From Bigelowiella natans CCMP2755 (taxonomy: Eukaryota > Protista > Cercozoa): 64,000 nt of DNA. The DNA lies in contig ADNK01001278.1 of assembly GCA_000320545.1 (NCBI GenBank), forward strand, positions 62,001-126,000, in the 5' to 3' direction. Positions 53,301-64,000 of the stretch are shown here, one piece after another (within the stretch, counting starts at the first letter, position 1; each line of letters starts with the position of its first letter). The translations under genes and the position numbers were made by a program. The notes under the pieces were generated by a model. The model searched no databases. It was not told where the DNA came from and worked only from the letters and a program-made list of their open reading frames with translations.

Positions 53301-56288
53301 TACTCACCACCACCAGCAGCAGCAGCAGCAGCGTAGTCACCACTACAGTACTAATCAGCACTATAATTACGAGCAGCATGGTTTGCAACCTGCTTCATCA
53401 CTCCAGAAGACCTTGATGGGCTTGCCGCTGATGCCGTTGCAAGATGGAACCTTCGCGCTTCTAAGTGAGCAGAAAGACAGGGAGAAGGAGGAGGAGGAGG
53501 AAAGGGAGGGAGCAGCATCGTCATCATCTCTCGCGACCGCACGAGCAAGCATTCGACAACGGGTGTATCTACCCTCCGAGGAGGAGCGCCGGCTATTCAT
53601 TCGTTCTCCCCTGGTTGCGCCGCTGCTGCTCTCTGCACAAACAAGTCTGCCTCCAAAGATCTATAAACTTCTAACAGCTCTTGCCGACGATGATGGCCAC
53701 AACATTAATAACAACGTGAGGCGATTGGGGGGGATGGAGGCCGTCTACTTCGCCTGTCTCGCGCTGCCAAAGGAGTGGGAGGGCCAGGATCGGGTTGAGG
53801 CTCCCTGGAAGAAACAGATAAAGAACAAAAGGAAGAACGAGAAGACAGAAGAGGAAGGGGAAGCGCAGGATGGAGGGACAAAGCTGGTGGTGGTGGAAAC
53901 TGATAGCAAAAAGTTCAGTAGCAGTAGTATTGACGTCGACCGTACGTGGCTCCAGAAAGTCTGGCGATACTGGGCTATTGCCGGCTTGGAGAGGAGGAGG
54001 AAGAAGAAGAAGAAGATTCTTGCCAAGATGCCATTGGAGGAGAAAAAGCAAGGACGAGTTGAGAAAAAAGAGGAAGGAGAAGATGAAGAAGAAGAAAAGT
54101 GGGATTCGGTGGAGAGTAGAAGCGCATTGTCATGGCTTAAATACGCACAATATCCACTGGTGCCGACGGTCGATGGAGACATGTGGAGATGCGACGCTGC
54201 CAAGCAGTTGCTGCTTCCTCAAGGCCTGAATGCCCCCATGATGTCGCTTTTGAGGAAGATCGGTGTTGCGTGCGTAGATCTCGATATCATTGGCGGTGGC
54301 AACACCCACAGCAGCTTCACAGCCTCTTCGTCATTCACGACATCATCATCGGTGTCGGCGCGTCCTGTTGTACCGACAGCACCACCACTACTGGAACGAC
54401 TTGCAAAACTAGGTATCGCAGCACTTCCAGAGCCAGGAAACGTACTAGACGCCATCCATAGTAGCAGCAGCAGCAGCAGCCGTAGAGGTGGTAGTAGCAA
54501 TAACAGTAATGGTAGTAGTAGTATGGGCAATAAGCTGATAGGAGGAGGAGGAGAAGAAGAACTAGGGTATTTTTCCAGAATGTTCAATGATTGCAAGGTG
54601 AGCGATCTCGAACGTCAAGCTCTACGACAGCACGTGTGCACAAACGCACTGCGCGGAGGATCAGGAGGGAAAGGTGGCGACGACAAAAAGGGAAGTAGCT
54701 ACGGCAGCAGCAGAACGTTATCATTCGGTGACAAGAAACACGAGAAGATCCTTAAGAAATTGCCTATTTTTCAATGCTATGTTACCCCTGCTGATGATAG
54801 GATGCACAACGGTGCGGCAGCAGTAGGAGTTTATGGGAAGGAGGAGGTGGAGACAAAGCAGGTTGCCTTCAGGAGTTTGGAGACAACGAAATACCTGCCA
54901 CCCGCTGGTGTGATGAAAGAGCTACTGCAAGAAGATTTTGTTATGAACGTGCTTCCCATGGATCAGGTCTTTCTCCTCCTCCTCCTCCTCCTCCTCCTCC
55001 TCCTCCTTCTACTCCCCTCACGTTCCTCTCAATAGTAATACATTCTCCCATTATTGCTTCATCTTAAAAAGAAATCCTCTTCCTACTCTATATCAGGTGC
55101 TGGTGGAGTCGCTCGGTGTTCGGCGGATGGGTGAGGTCGAATTCTACCGAAAGTACGTCGTGGAGCGCTTCGATCATCTTGACCCTTCCACTCGGAAGCG
55201 AGCGACCTTGAAGTTGCTTTCCAATCTATCGCGGCTGGTTCTGCTGCCAGGAGGCCCCGCCCTGAGGGAGCGCCTCAAGGTCGTGCGGTTTCTCACCAAT
55301 GCCAAAAACGAGAGCAAGCTCGTGACCGATCTCTACGATCCAGAGGTACTACTGTTTCATCTACACAGTTGTGCGGTTTCATGGAGAGCTCCATGAGGCT
55401 GTGTTGTTGCTTCCCATTATCATCGTCGCCAATGCCTATTATCCCTCCTTGCGTCTGCTGTTGTTGTCGTTGGTAGGTGGCTTTGCTGCGATCGGTGCTA
55501 GCGTCCTCGTCCTGGTTTCCTACTGGTGCTTTCGCTACCAGGGAGGTCCTTGTGACGTTGCGAGACCTTGGACTACGGACGTCGCTTGACCGCCATGCTG
55601 TTCTCGTGTGTGCCACTCATATTGCTGCTGCTGCTGCTGCTGCTACAAACCACCAGTACCCGCAGCAACAGAAGCACAATGATGACGACATGATGACAGG
55701 GGAGCGGAAGAAGACGAAGGAGGAGGATAAGGAAGATGGGGAGAAGGCTGCACTGGGGCTCTCGAATCGGCTTCTACGCGCTGTCGACATCCATATAGAT
55801 AAGCTTATCTCCGAGAAGGATCCTGCTTCTCCATCAACGCCATCGTCTTCGTCGTTGTCGTTCTCTGAATGGAGGAAAAAGCTGGTCACACTGCCATGGT
55901 TACCAGTATTCAAACGACGCCCTGTTAAAGGCCTACCTTGGCCTCCCCTTGCCTTCCACATCGACGACGACGACGACGGCAAAGCCTTCGATGATGGAAA
56001 AGGCCACAGCACAAGTCAACCGCTTTCGAGTATCGGAAAAGCTTGCTTGGCTAGTGCGAAATTCACCCGACCAATGTCTGATCAGTGGCTCGTATCGGTT
56101 TCAATGCACATCCTGGATGCTGAGGTACGCAGTGAGAAGCTGAGGGCCATCTTTGGCTTTGATCAGCCGGTTCCTGCTACGGTAAGTATTTATGTACTCG
56201 TGTAGTACACCTTATATATTTCTCGCTATTATTCATCACTAATTCGTACTCAATCATCGTCGTCATCTCTATAGTTCTTACATCAATC

Positions 56289-56326
<38 letters not shown>

Positions 56327-59300
56327 CCCTACAAAAGGCATTGGTGACCCAGCTACAAGCTTTCAGCCAAATAGTAACGTCGTCGTCGTCGTCGTCATCG
56401 TCATCACCCTCCTCACCCTCCTCCTTGCCGTCGCGGGATGAGAACGATAGCGACAGGATGAATGTGAAACGGATCAATAATAAAACCAATAACACGGAGG
56501 AGTACAAGGTACTAGATCGTGTTCCTTCTCCCCATTACTCATTGATTAGCATTATTCACTACCGCACGAATGCACACAACGCTGCTGCTGCTGCTGCCGC
56601 TCGTTACCGGATTTAATTCCGACAATATGTGCAACTTCATTCCCAGCAAGCAGCCCACAGTTCTTACGAAATTCTTTCATCCTCAGGCATTGTGTGAGGC
56701 GTTAGTAGTGCAGCTACCACGTTTATACGAGGCCCTCTGTAAGCATCTTCTCATGAGTGATGCTCCTGTAGCTGAACCTGATGTGGAGAAGGCTGGTGCT
56801 TCTCTTCCGCCTCGTCCTCCCCCTCCTTACAATGTGAGAGACTTGATCGTGTCGCGGCTGGGTTCTAGCGCCTCCGTATGGCTAGGCGAAGAGCACTTCG
56901 TGTCTCCATCGTGTGTGGCTCTCTCCGTGGCTCTCAATGCGCAACCGTATGTTTACGATGATGCTGACGATGGCAATTACACATTGATGAGGATGACGAT
57001 GATGATGATGATGATGATGACGATAGTAGGTATGATAGTATTCGGTATTTTAGATCCTACTCTTGCATCGCAACTGCTTCCACGTCTAGAAACCAACGAT
57101 TTGTATCGAATTTGAGCCATTATCATCATCATCCGTGTAGGTACTTGTATGGCGCTCCGGTATCCATGCGGAGCTTCCGACCACTACTTAAGGCGATCGG
57201 AGTGCGAGACTCATTTAGTGCCGTCGACTATGCGGAAGTGTTGGATATCATGCAAAAGGAGCACGGCGGGCGCTCGCTGCCTGACAAGCGTGCAGAACTC
57301 GCGATGGAAATTGCGAGGCATCTGTAATGAATGATAATGATGATGATGACGGTGCATGATTGAACTTTCTTTCCCTAAGCGATAACGTGATGTCGATGAT
57401 GATCGGGTATATTATTTGAAACACCACCACTGCCATCTGGTTGCAGGTACGATCACGCATCATCTCTGGGAAACCCACCGTACCTTCCTTCGGAGGCGAA
57501 CGTTCTAATGCTGGCAACAACTATGTACTACAACGACGCTCCTTGGCTGCGCGATGGCAACGATCAAAGCCAGCAGCAGCAGCAGCAGCAGCAAAAGCAA
57601 CGAGTCGTCGTCAACCCAAAGCTTTCCCATGCTGTAGCCGCTCGGTTGGGCGTTAAGTCGCTAAGATCGGAGCTTCTCAGCACAAACGCGAGCGGCCTTA
57701 ACGAGCATCTGGGGCTGAAAATGAGCTCCGAAGCTTTCGGACAAAGGGAGAATTTGACACAGCGGTTGAAGAACATCTTGTTGCTGTATGCGGAGGGTCC
57801 CGGCACATTGTTCGAGTTTGTGCAGAACGCAGATGATGCAGGGGCAAGCAAGGTCGTCTTCCTGCTCGACCTAAAAACACATGGCCAAAAGGCGCTCATT
57901 GCGTCTAAAATGCGCCACGCTCAGGTATGATCACTGCTGCTGCTCTAATATCTACCGAGGAGAGAGAGGGAGGGGGGGGGGAAAGAAAAGGGATTGAGGG
58001 GAGAGAGAAATGACAGTTTTTGATTAAGTGCATTCTAAATTTACTATCACCTTACAAGGGCCCGGCTTTATGCGTGTACAATGACTCGATGTTCACACCG
58101 CGCGATTTGATCGCAATCTCGCGCATCGGACAAGGCAGCAAGCTCACGAATATGGGCAAGACCGGCCGTTTTGGACTCGGCTTCAACAGTTGCTACCATT
58201 TTACGGATATTCCCAGTTTCGTCTCAGGCACATCGTTGGTCATATTTGATCCGCACCTAGACTACCTTCCAGGGGCTAATGCAAGCGACCCAGGACTCCT
58301 TGTCAAGTTTGGGGAGAATCGTCCGGATATCCGCCGGGCATTTCCGCACCAGTTTGAGCCGTATCTGCTTTTTGGCTGCGACCTCAAATCAGAGTGCGTA
58401 TGCGCGCTCATTTGTAGTAATGATATGCGCGATCGTTGTTTTGGTTTTTCAAGTGTTGTTCTTCTTTGTCACTCGTTTCCCTTTCCTCCTCCTTATCCTC
58501 CTCCTCTTCACTCTCCCTCCCTACCCAGTGAATGGTCTCATCATTTTCCAATCTTCCCCTCCCTCCCCGTCCTTCATTATTTTTAGTTTCAAGGGCACGT
58601 TGTTTCGGTTTCCGCTGCGCTCGTCGGAGATGGCCGCTAAAAGCAACATAAAATCCATCGAATGCACGCCAGCTAGCATTCTTGACCTCTTCCGTACCTT
58701 TGAGGAACCGGCGCGCATGTGTCTGCTTTTCCTTCGTCACGTTGTACGGCTTGAGGTGAAGGTCCGGTTAGAAACCGGCCAGATCGTGGACCTCTTTGAT
58801 GTGTGCTTGGAGGATGCAACACAACGAAAGAGGGGCGTGTGGCATCGAGTGGCACGGCAGGTAGTAGAGAGACCGAAGAGCGCCAATTCTAGTCTATGAA
58901 GAGTCGTTAAACAAGCGAGAGAGAGGGGGAGAGAGGACAGAGAGGGAAGGAACACGAGGAAGAGCAAAGGTTGGGAGGCTACGAGTTGTGACATGGACGC
59001 AGCTCGCAGCAGCAAAGCTCACAATTTTATGTAGCATGATCTCAATTGTCTTATACATACTCACAAACAAATCGCATCATCACAGATTGGCGTAGGTGGG
59101 GTTTCGAAGCGAGAATTCTTCCAGAAAATGGGCGTGATGGAGGCGAAGAAGCTACCAGGCGGGGCACAAGAGCTTAACGTGAAAACGACCATTTACAACA
59201 GCGAGTACCCTAACCCTGAAGGAGAAAGTCATGATGAAAAGGACGGTAAGGAAACAGGGAAAGCAGCAGCAGCAACAGAGAAATCTAAGGGTACTGCTGT

Positions 59301-62300
59301 CACTCTAGATGTTGATTCTATCGATGATAATATGAAGCAGCAGCAGCGTCCTTGGAAGACCATTCAGGAGAAGTTTCTCATGTATGAGATGATCGGTGGC
59401 GGATCGGCTCGCGATATGGCCGTGGAGAAGGCCGCAAAGGGCCACAAACTACTCCCATGGGCTGGTGTTGCCGCTCGTCTCACTCGCACCGAATCAGTAT
59501 TCGACGACCCGAAGAAGAAGAAGAAAACGCCAGCAACTGCTACGACAGTGACGACGAGGAGCGAGGAGGGGAATACGACGATGATCGGTGGCAATGGAAG
59601 CGCATTTTGCTTCCTGCCACTCCCCGTGAGAACAGGCCTATCTGTGCATGTGAACGGCTACTTCGAGCTGTCGGCAAATCGACGTAACATCTGGTGGGGC
59701 TCGGATATGACGGGCGATGGGGAAATGCGCTCGAGGTGGAATCGGCTGCTCATCAAGGACGTCGTTTCCGACGCCTATGCTAAGGTGATGCAAGAAGAAG
59801 AAGTATACTAGCAGCAATAGTAATAGTAGTAGCAGTAGCAGTAGTTCGTAGTGGTACTATGAATATCACTAGTTGTTATCTATCGCTGTCGTAGCCTGCA
59901 GCAGCAGGTAGTAACATTTCAAGCACTTGCTGCTGTTGGTAAAAAATAGTTCACAAGCAACCGACTGATCTTCTTTGTGTATTTATTCAGCTAATCCTAG
60001 AGGCCTCCAAGCGCTACAAGTACACAGACGAGTGTTACTTTCAGCTATGGCCTCACTCGGAAGCGAAGGGGGAGCCATGGCGCCTCGCACTTCGTGAAAC
60101 TTACCAAAAGCTTGTCGAACTTCCCGTCCTCTACACTACGGAGGAAGAGGGAGAAGAAGCGAATGATGCTGGGAGCAGTAGCGGACAATGGTGCATCCCA
60201 GGAGAGACCGTTTATGTGCCTCACTACTACCCCCATATCAAAAAGGAGAAGAAGAAGGGGAATGTAAAGGAAGAGCAGGGAGGAGGAGGAAGAGGAGGGG
60301 GTGGGGAAGAAAAGAATGAGAAAGCAGTCGGCAGGAGCAGCAATATCGTGGGCAAGAAGTCTCCCTCACTCTCCTTGAGCACAAGCAGCCAGCAGCTGAG
60401 GGAGGACGGCAATAATAAGCACAAGAGAAAAGATAACGACGATGATACTGACGAGGTGATAAAAGAAAAGAAGGCCAAGATCGCAGAACGGTTATTCTTT
60501 GTACTGAAGAAATGCGGGGTGCCGGTGGTTGCGCTCCCGAGCGATGGTATCCGCTATTTTCTAGAGAGGACAGAGAAGGGGCCCAAAAAAGCTAGTGCCA
60601 ACTTCCTCCGATGGTTTCTCTCGACGTTCAATTCCCCCCCTAACCGCTGCACGCGCGATGACGCTTTGTTCCTTCTCGACTACTGTCTCAGCGACTTCAC
60701 TGACTACGAACAGCAGCAACAAAACAAGGAGAAGGATGGTGGTGGTGGTGGTGGTGGTGGTGGAGCTGCTTCTGCCAATAATTTCCATCTAAAAGATAAT
60801 ATCAGCACCAACAACAAAGTAGTAGTAGCATCATCGTCATCAATGCCCTCGGGACGATTTCAGGACTTGATTGGTCTCCCTTTGCTGCCTGTAGCGGATG
60901 GCTCTTTCGTAGCATTCAAGGCCAATGCGCGCGGCACTCGCCACGCGCCGCGCAATGTCTACATCGCTTCGGATAGTGTTAGGTCGATTTTCTGCCCGAA
61001 ACTCGCAAAAAGCTTCCTGCACCCGGGGCTCTCTCCACGACTGAGAGGGCTGTTTGGGCTTGAGGGATTTCAACGGAGCACCAACATTACGAAGCTAGGA
61101 GACCCACACGCAGCCGACCTACTGAAGCTCCTTCTTCCACCCGAGTGGCAAGGAGGCCGCAAAACGCTCTCGTGGGCAACGGTACTTGCTGCTGCTAAGA
61201 GAAGGGAGGAAGAAGACGATGAAAAAGAAGAAAAAGAAGGGGAAATGAAGGACAACAAGAGGAAGCAGCGAAAGAAGAAGAAGAAGAAGATTGGGGGGAA
61301 GGAGGTGGAACGGAATTTTGTTGGTTCTCCAATATGGCTGAAACAACTCTGGAGGTTTCTGCTCCGCGATGTGAAGGACCTATCCGTGTTCTCCGGCGCA
61401 AAAACTGGCCTCCCGATAGTCCCTACACTGAACGGGAAGCTCTGCCAGCTCGATCGAAAGGAACTTGCCATCATTAGCACCGTCGGGTTCCCAAAGCCTG
61501 TAGAGACGCTTCTGGTGAGAAAGCTGAATTGCCTCTGCTTGGATCATGCGAAGATGGGCCTCACAGGTGGTAGTTGCTAGTTCGTTCAAAGGAAAGAAAC
61601 AGTTGGATGATGATGATGATAAGAGGAGGAGAAGAAAGAGGAGGAGGAGGAGGAGAAGGAGGAGGACGACGGAGATCATTACAAACATGATGGGGGGAAG
61701 GAGGAGGGATGATGATAGCGATGATGACGATGATGATGATATTTATTGATGCTGTATGATGACAAATTTAGACAGTTTGTAGACTGCTTTTGCTCTCATT
61801 CTACACCACATCACCATCCATCGATTGTACAAAAGATATTTAGTCTTGTTTATTTTTTTGTGTGTGCACGCATGCATGCACGCAAAATATCATTAATTAG
61901 TGATGGATGGTCGTGCTGATGATCGTTGAATATATACATTATATGTGGTTGACAGCGTCAGAGCTGAGTGGCTCAGTAGTCGGGCCCACCCACGCTCTAT
62001 GGCAATACATCTACAAACCAACGCTACAGGATTTGCTTATCGTCTTCTCCAGGATACTCAAACCGAACCCAGCAGCTTGTCTACTGAGAGGCAGAGGAGG
62101 AGGAGGAGGAGGAGGAGGAGGAGGTAAGTCTATTGTAGAGAGGCACGAAGCTGTGGCCCTTCGGCACTTCATCATTGAATCGGCATTCAAGGAAGGACGC
62201 TTTGTGCTCAAAAAAGAGGTGGTTGTTGTTGCCGTGTAATAGCTCTCATTCACTCACAGAACGACGTAGACAACGCCTCTAGAAGATAGTTCTTGGGAGC

Positions 62301-62451
62301 ACAAAAAGGAAGCAGAAAATCCATATCTGTTGCCGTGTTGCCACCACTATCTTTTCCCTATGTGGAGCACCTACCTACATTTCGACAACACAACACAACA
62401 CACACACCACCATATCCACATTGTAGCAGTAAGATAGCGTGAATTGTCTCC

Positions 62452-62497
<46 letters not shown>

Positions 62498-63485
62498 AGT
62501 GATCATGATTGACCTTGTGCTACTATTGGGCGACGTTGCGCTCACACAATCTTAACAGGAGATCGAGTTCGTGAAATCGTTGCCGATATTCGAGGTGTAC
62601 GAGGGGCATAGATTCTCCTCACGCTCTCCATCATCTTCTTCTCAATCCTCCACAAGTTCTGTTATGCTGCAAGCCCTAACGGGGAGGATACGCCCTCCTA
62701 ACGGTGTAAATGAGCGCCTCCTAGATTCCAGATTCGTGAAGGTGAAGCAGATTTGTAAATTTGAAGATAGAATACTGATGATATTTGCTCAAAGATACGT
62801 CTATGATCGTGTCACGCGGCATCTGCATGTCCTTCGTATTAATAGTTCCACATTGTTCTAAGATTTACTTTAGCGCTGCAGCCATTACTACTATGTGACA
62901 ATAGCATTCAAATGTAAAATTTGGACACTAAGTTGGTTGTGATAACGATGATCTGCTATAAGCTGCTCAGTCTTGTTTACTACTCCTTTCTCCTTCAAAT
63001 CATTATGCTTCTATTTATTCTTCGAGGTTGCTAAACAAGAGGAACGACTGCTGGAGTGCTTGGGCGTGAAGCAGATGGACGAGCTGGAACTCTATAAAAC
63101 ATGCCTCTTCGAGCGGAAAAGCTCCATGCCGATGTTGCCGCAGCACGTCGTCGAGGAGGCCGTCGTCGAGGTTCTACACCAGCTTCCTCGCCTAAATAAA
63201 CAGACGAATGGGGTAAGTTCGTAGCCAGTCATCATTCGATCCATTCGCCCATCACTTCCAAGATACGAATACCTACGTGCTCTTGTATAGTGGAACGACG
63301 TAAGTGATGATAATAATGATGATGATGATGATGATGATAGTGATGGTGATGGTGATGCTAACAACAACGCCCTTTTGCAGAGGTTCAGGGAGTATATCAG
63401 AGGGCAGCGATTCATATCTCCGGATGTTGAAAAGGATGATGGAAAGCACAGCAAGACGAAGAAGAAGACAGCACGACAGACACCA

Positions 63486-63521
<36 letters not shown>

Positions 63522-64000
63522 TACCATCGCCCTGATGAGCTCTATGACCCTAAACAGCCTACACTTGTCGCACTCCTTCCTCGCCGATGCTTCCCTTCGG
63601 CAATGTTTTCGAGCACGGACATCCTACTGACCTTACGCGGCCTGGGACTTAAGAGCAAGATAGATCGAGCGGGCGTGCTCTCTGCTGTACGACACATTAG
63701 CGCCTTGCCAAATATCGGCAGTAGCGATGAGGAGAAGGTGACCCTCGCAATGGCAATGAAGGAGAAGAAGGCACTCGCTCGAAGGCTGTTGTTGGTGCTG
63801 GACAAAACCAGCGGCGAGGATCTCTTCTCTTCTCTTTTGGACGATGACGACAAGAAGCCGGGAGAGGGGCCAGGAAACAATACCAAGAAGGTCGCTGGCG
63901 AGGGTAAAGGTGGCATCATCAGTGAGCTCGACGGTTGTAATAGCGATGCTGCTGAGCTCGACAGTGATGATGACGACAAGGTTCTGGACATATTAAAGAA
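49106..64000 (+). CDS. SACS: Sacsin-like giant protein, 3'-truncated by the window edge
   Basis: Two sacsin repeat regions with HSP90-like ATPase motifs: FGQRExLTxRLxNIL, ELIQNADDA/EFVQNADDA, GPAL..N.S.F, TGRFGLGFN..YHFTDIPSFVS, GTLFRFPLR, AFCFLPLP..TGL..HVNGYFELSANRR. Confidence 0.93.

Overview
Intron-rich eukaryotic nuclear DNA from a flagellated alga with a secondary green plastid. The nucleus-encoded green-type PsbO carries a signal-peptide-led tripartite leader and IFT25 is present; I infer a chlorarachniophyte such as Bigelowiella but have not verified this. About 15 spliced genes were read by hand: amino-acid transporter, psbO, MATE, LtrA-like, orphan membrane protein, hypothetical, atypical Rho-like GTPase, Nudix hydrolase, alpha/beta hydrolase, hypothetical, IFT25, alkaline ceramidase, LCMT1, a METTL21-type methyltransferase with an in-frame NOP58 insert, and a sacsin-like giant gene running off the right edge. 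No rRNA, tRNA or CRISPR was seen. Two observations stand out. (1) Intergenic islands downstream of gene 3' ends are almost free of TpA while CpG is intact; surviving TAs are nearly all in CTAG, CTA or TAG context, and TE/gene relics there show Tyr->Cys/His and Leu->Pro type changes. This suggests a localised TA->TG/CA hypermutation system, opposite in direction to RIP. (2) A NOP58-domain/lysine-methyltransferase chimera. Exon boundaries and dinucleotide counts are manual, so gene ends are approximate unless stated otherwise.
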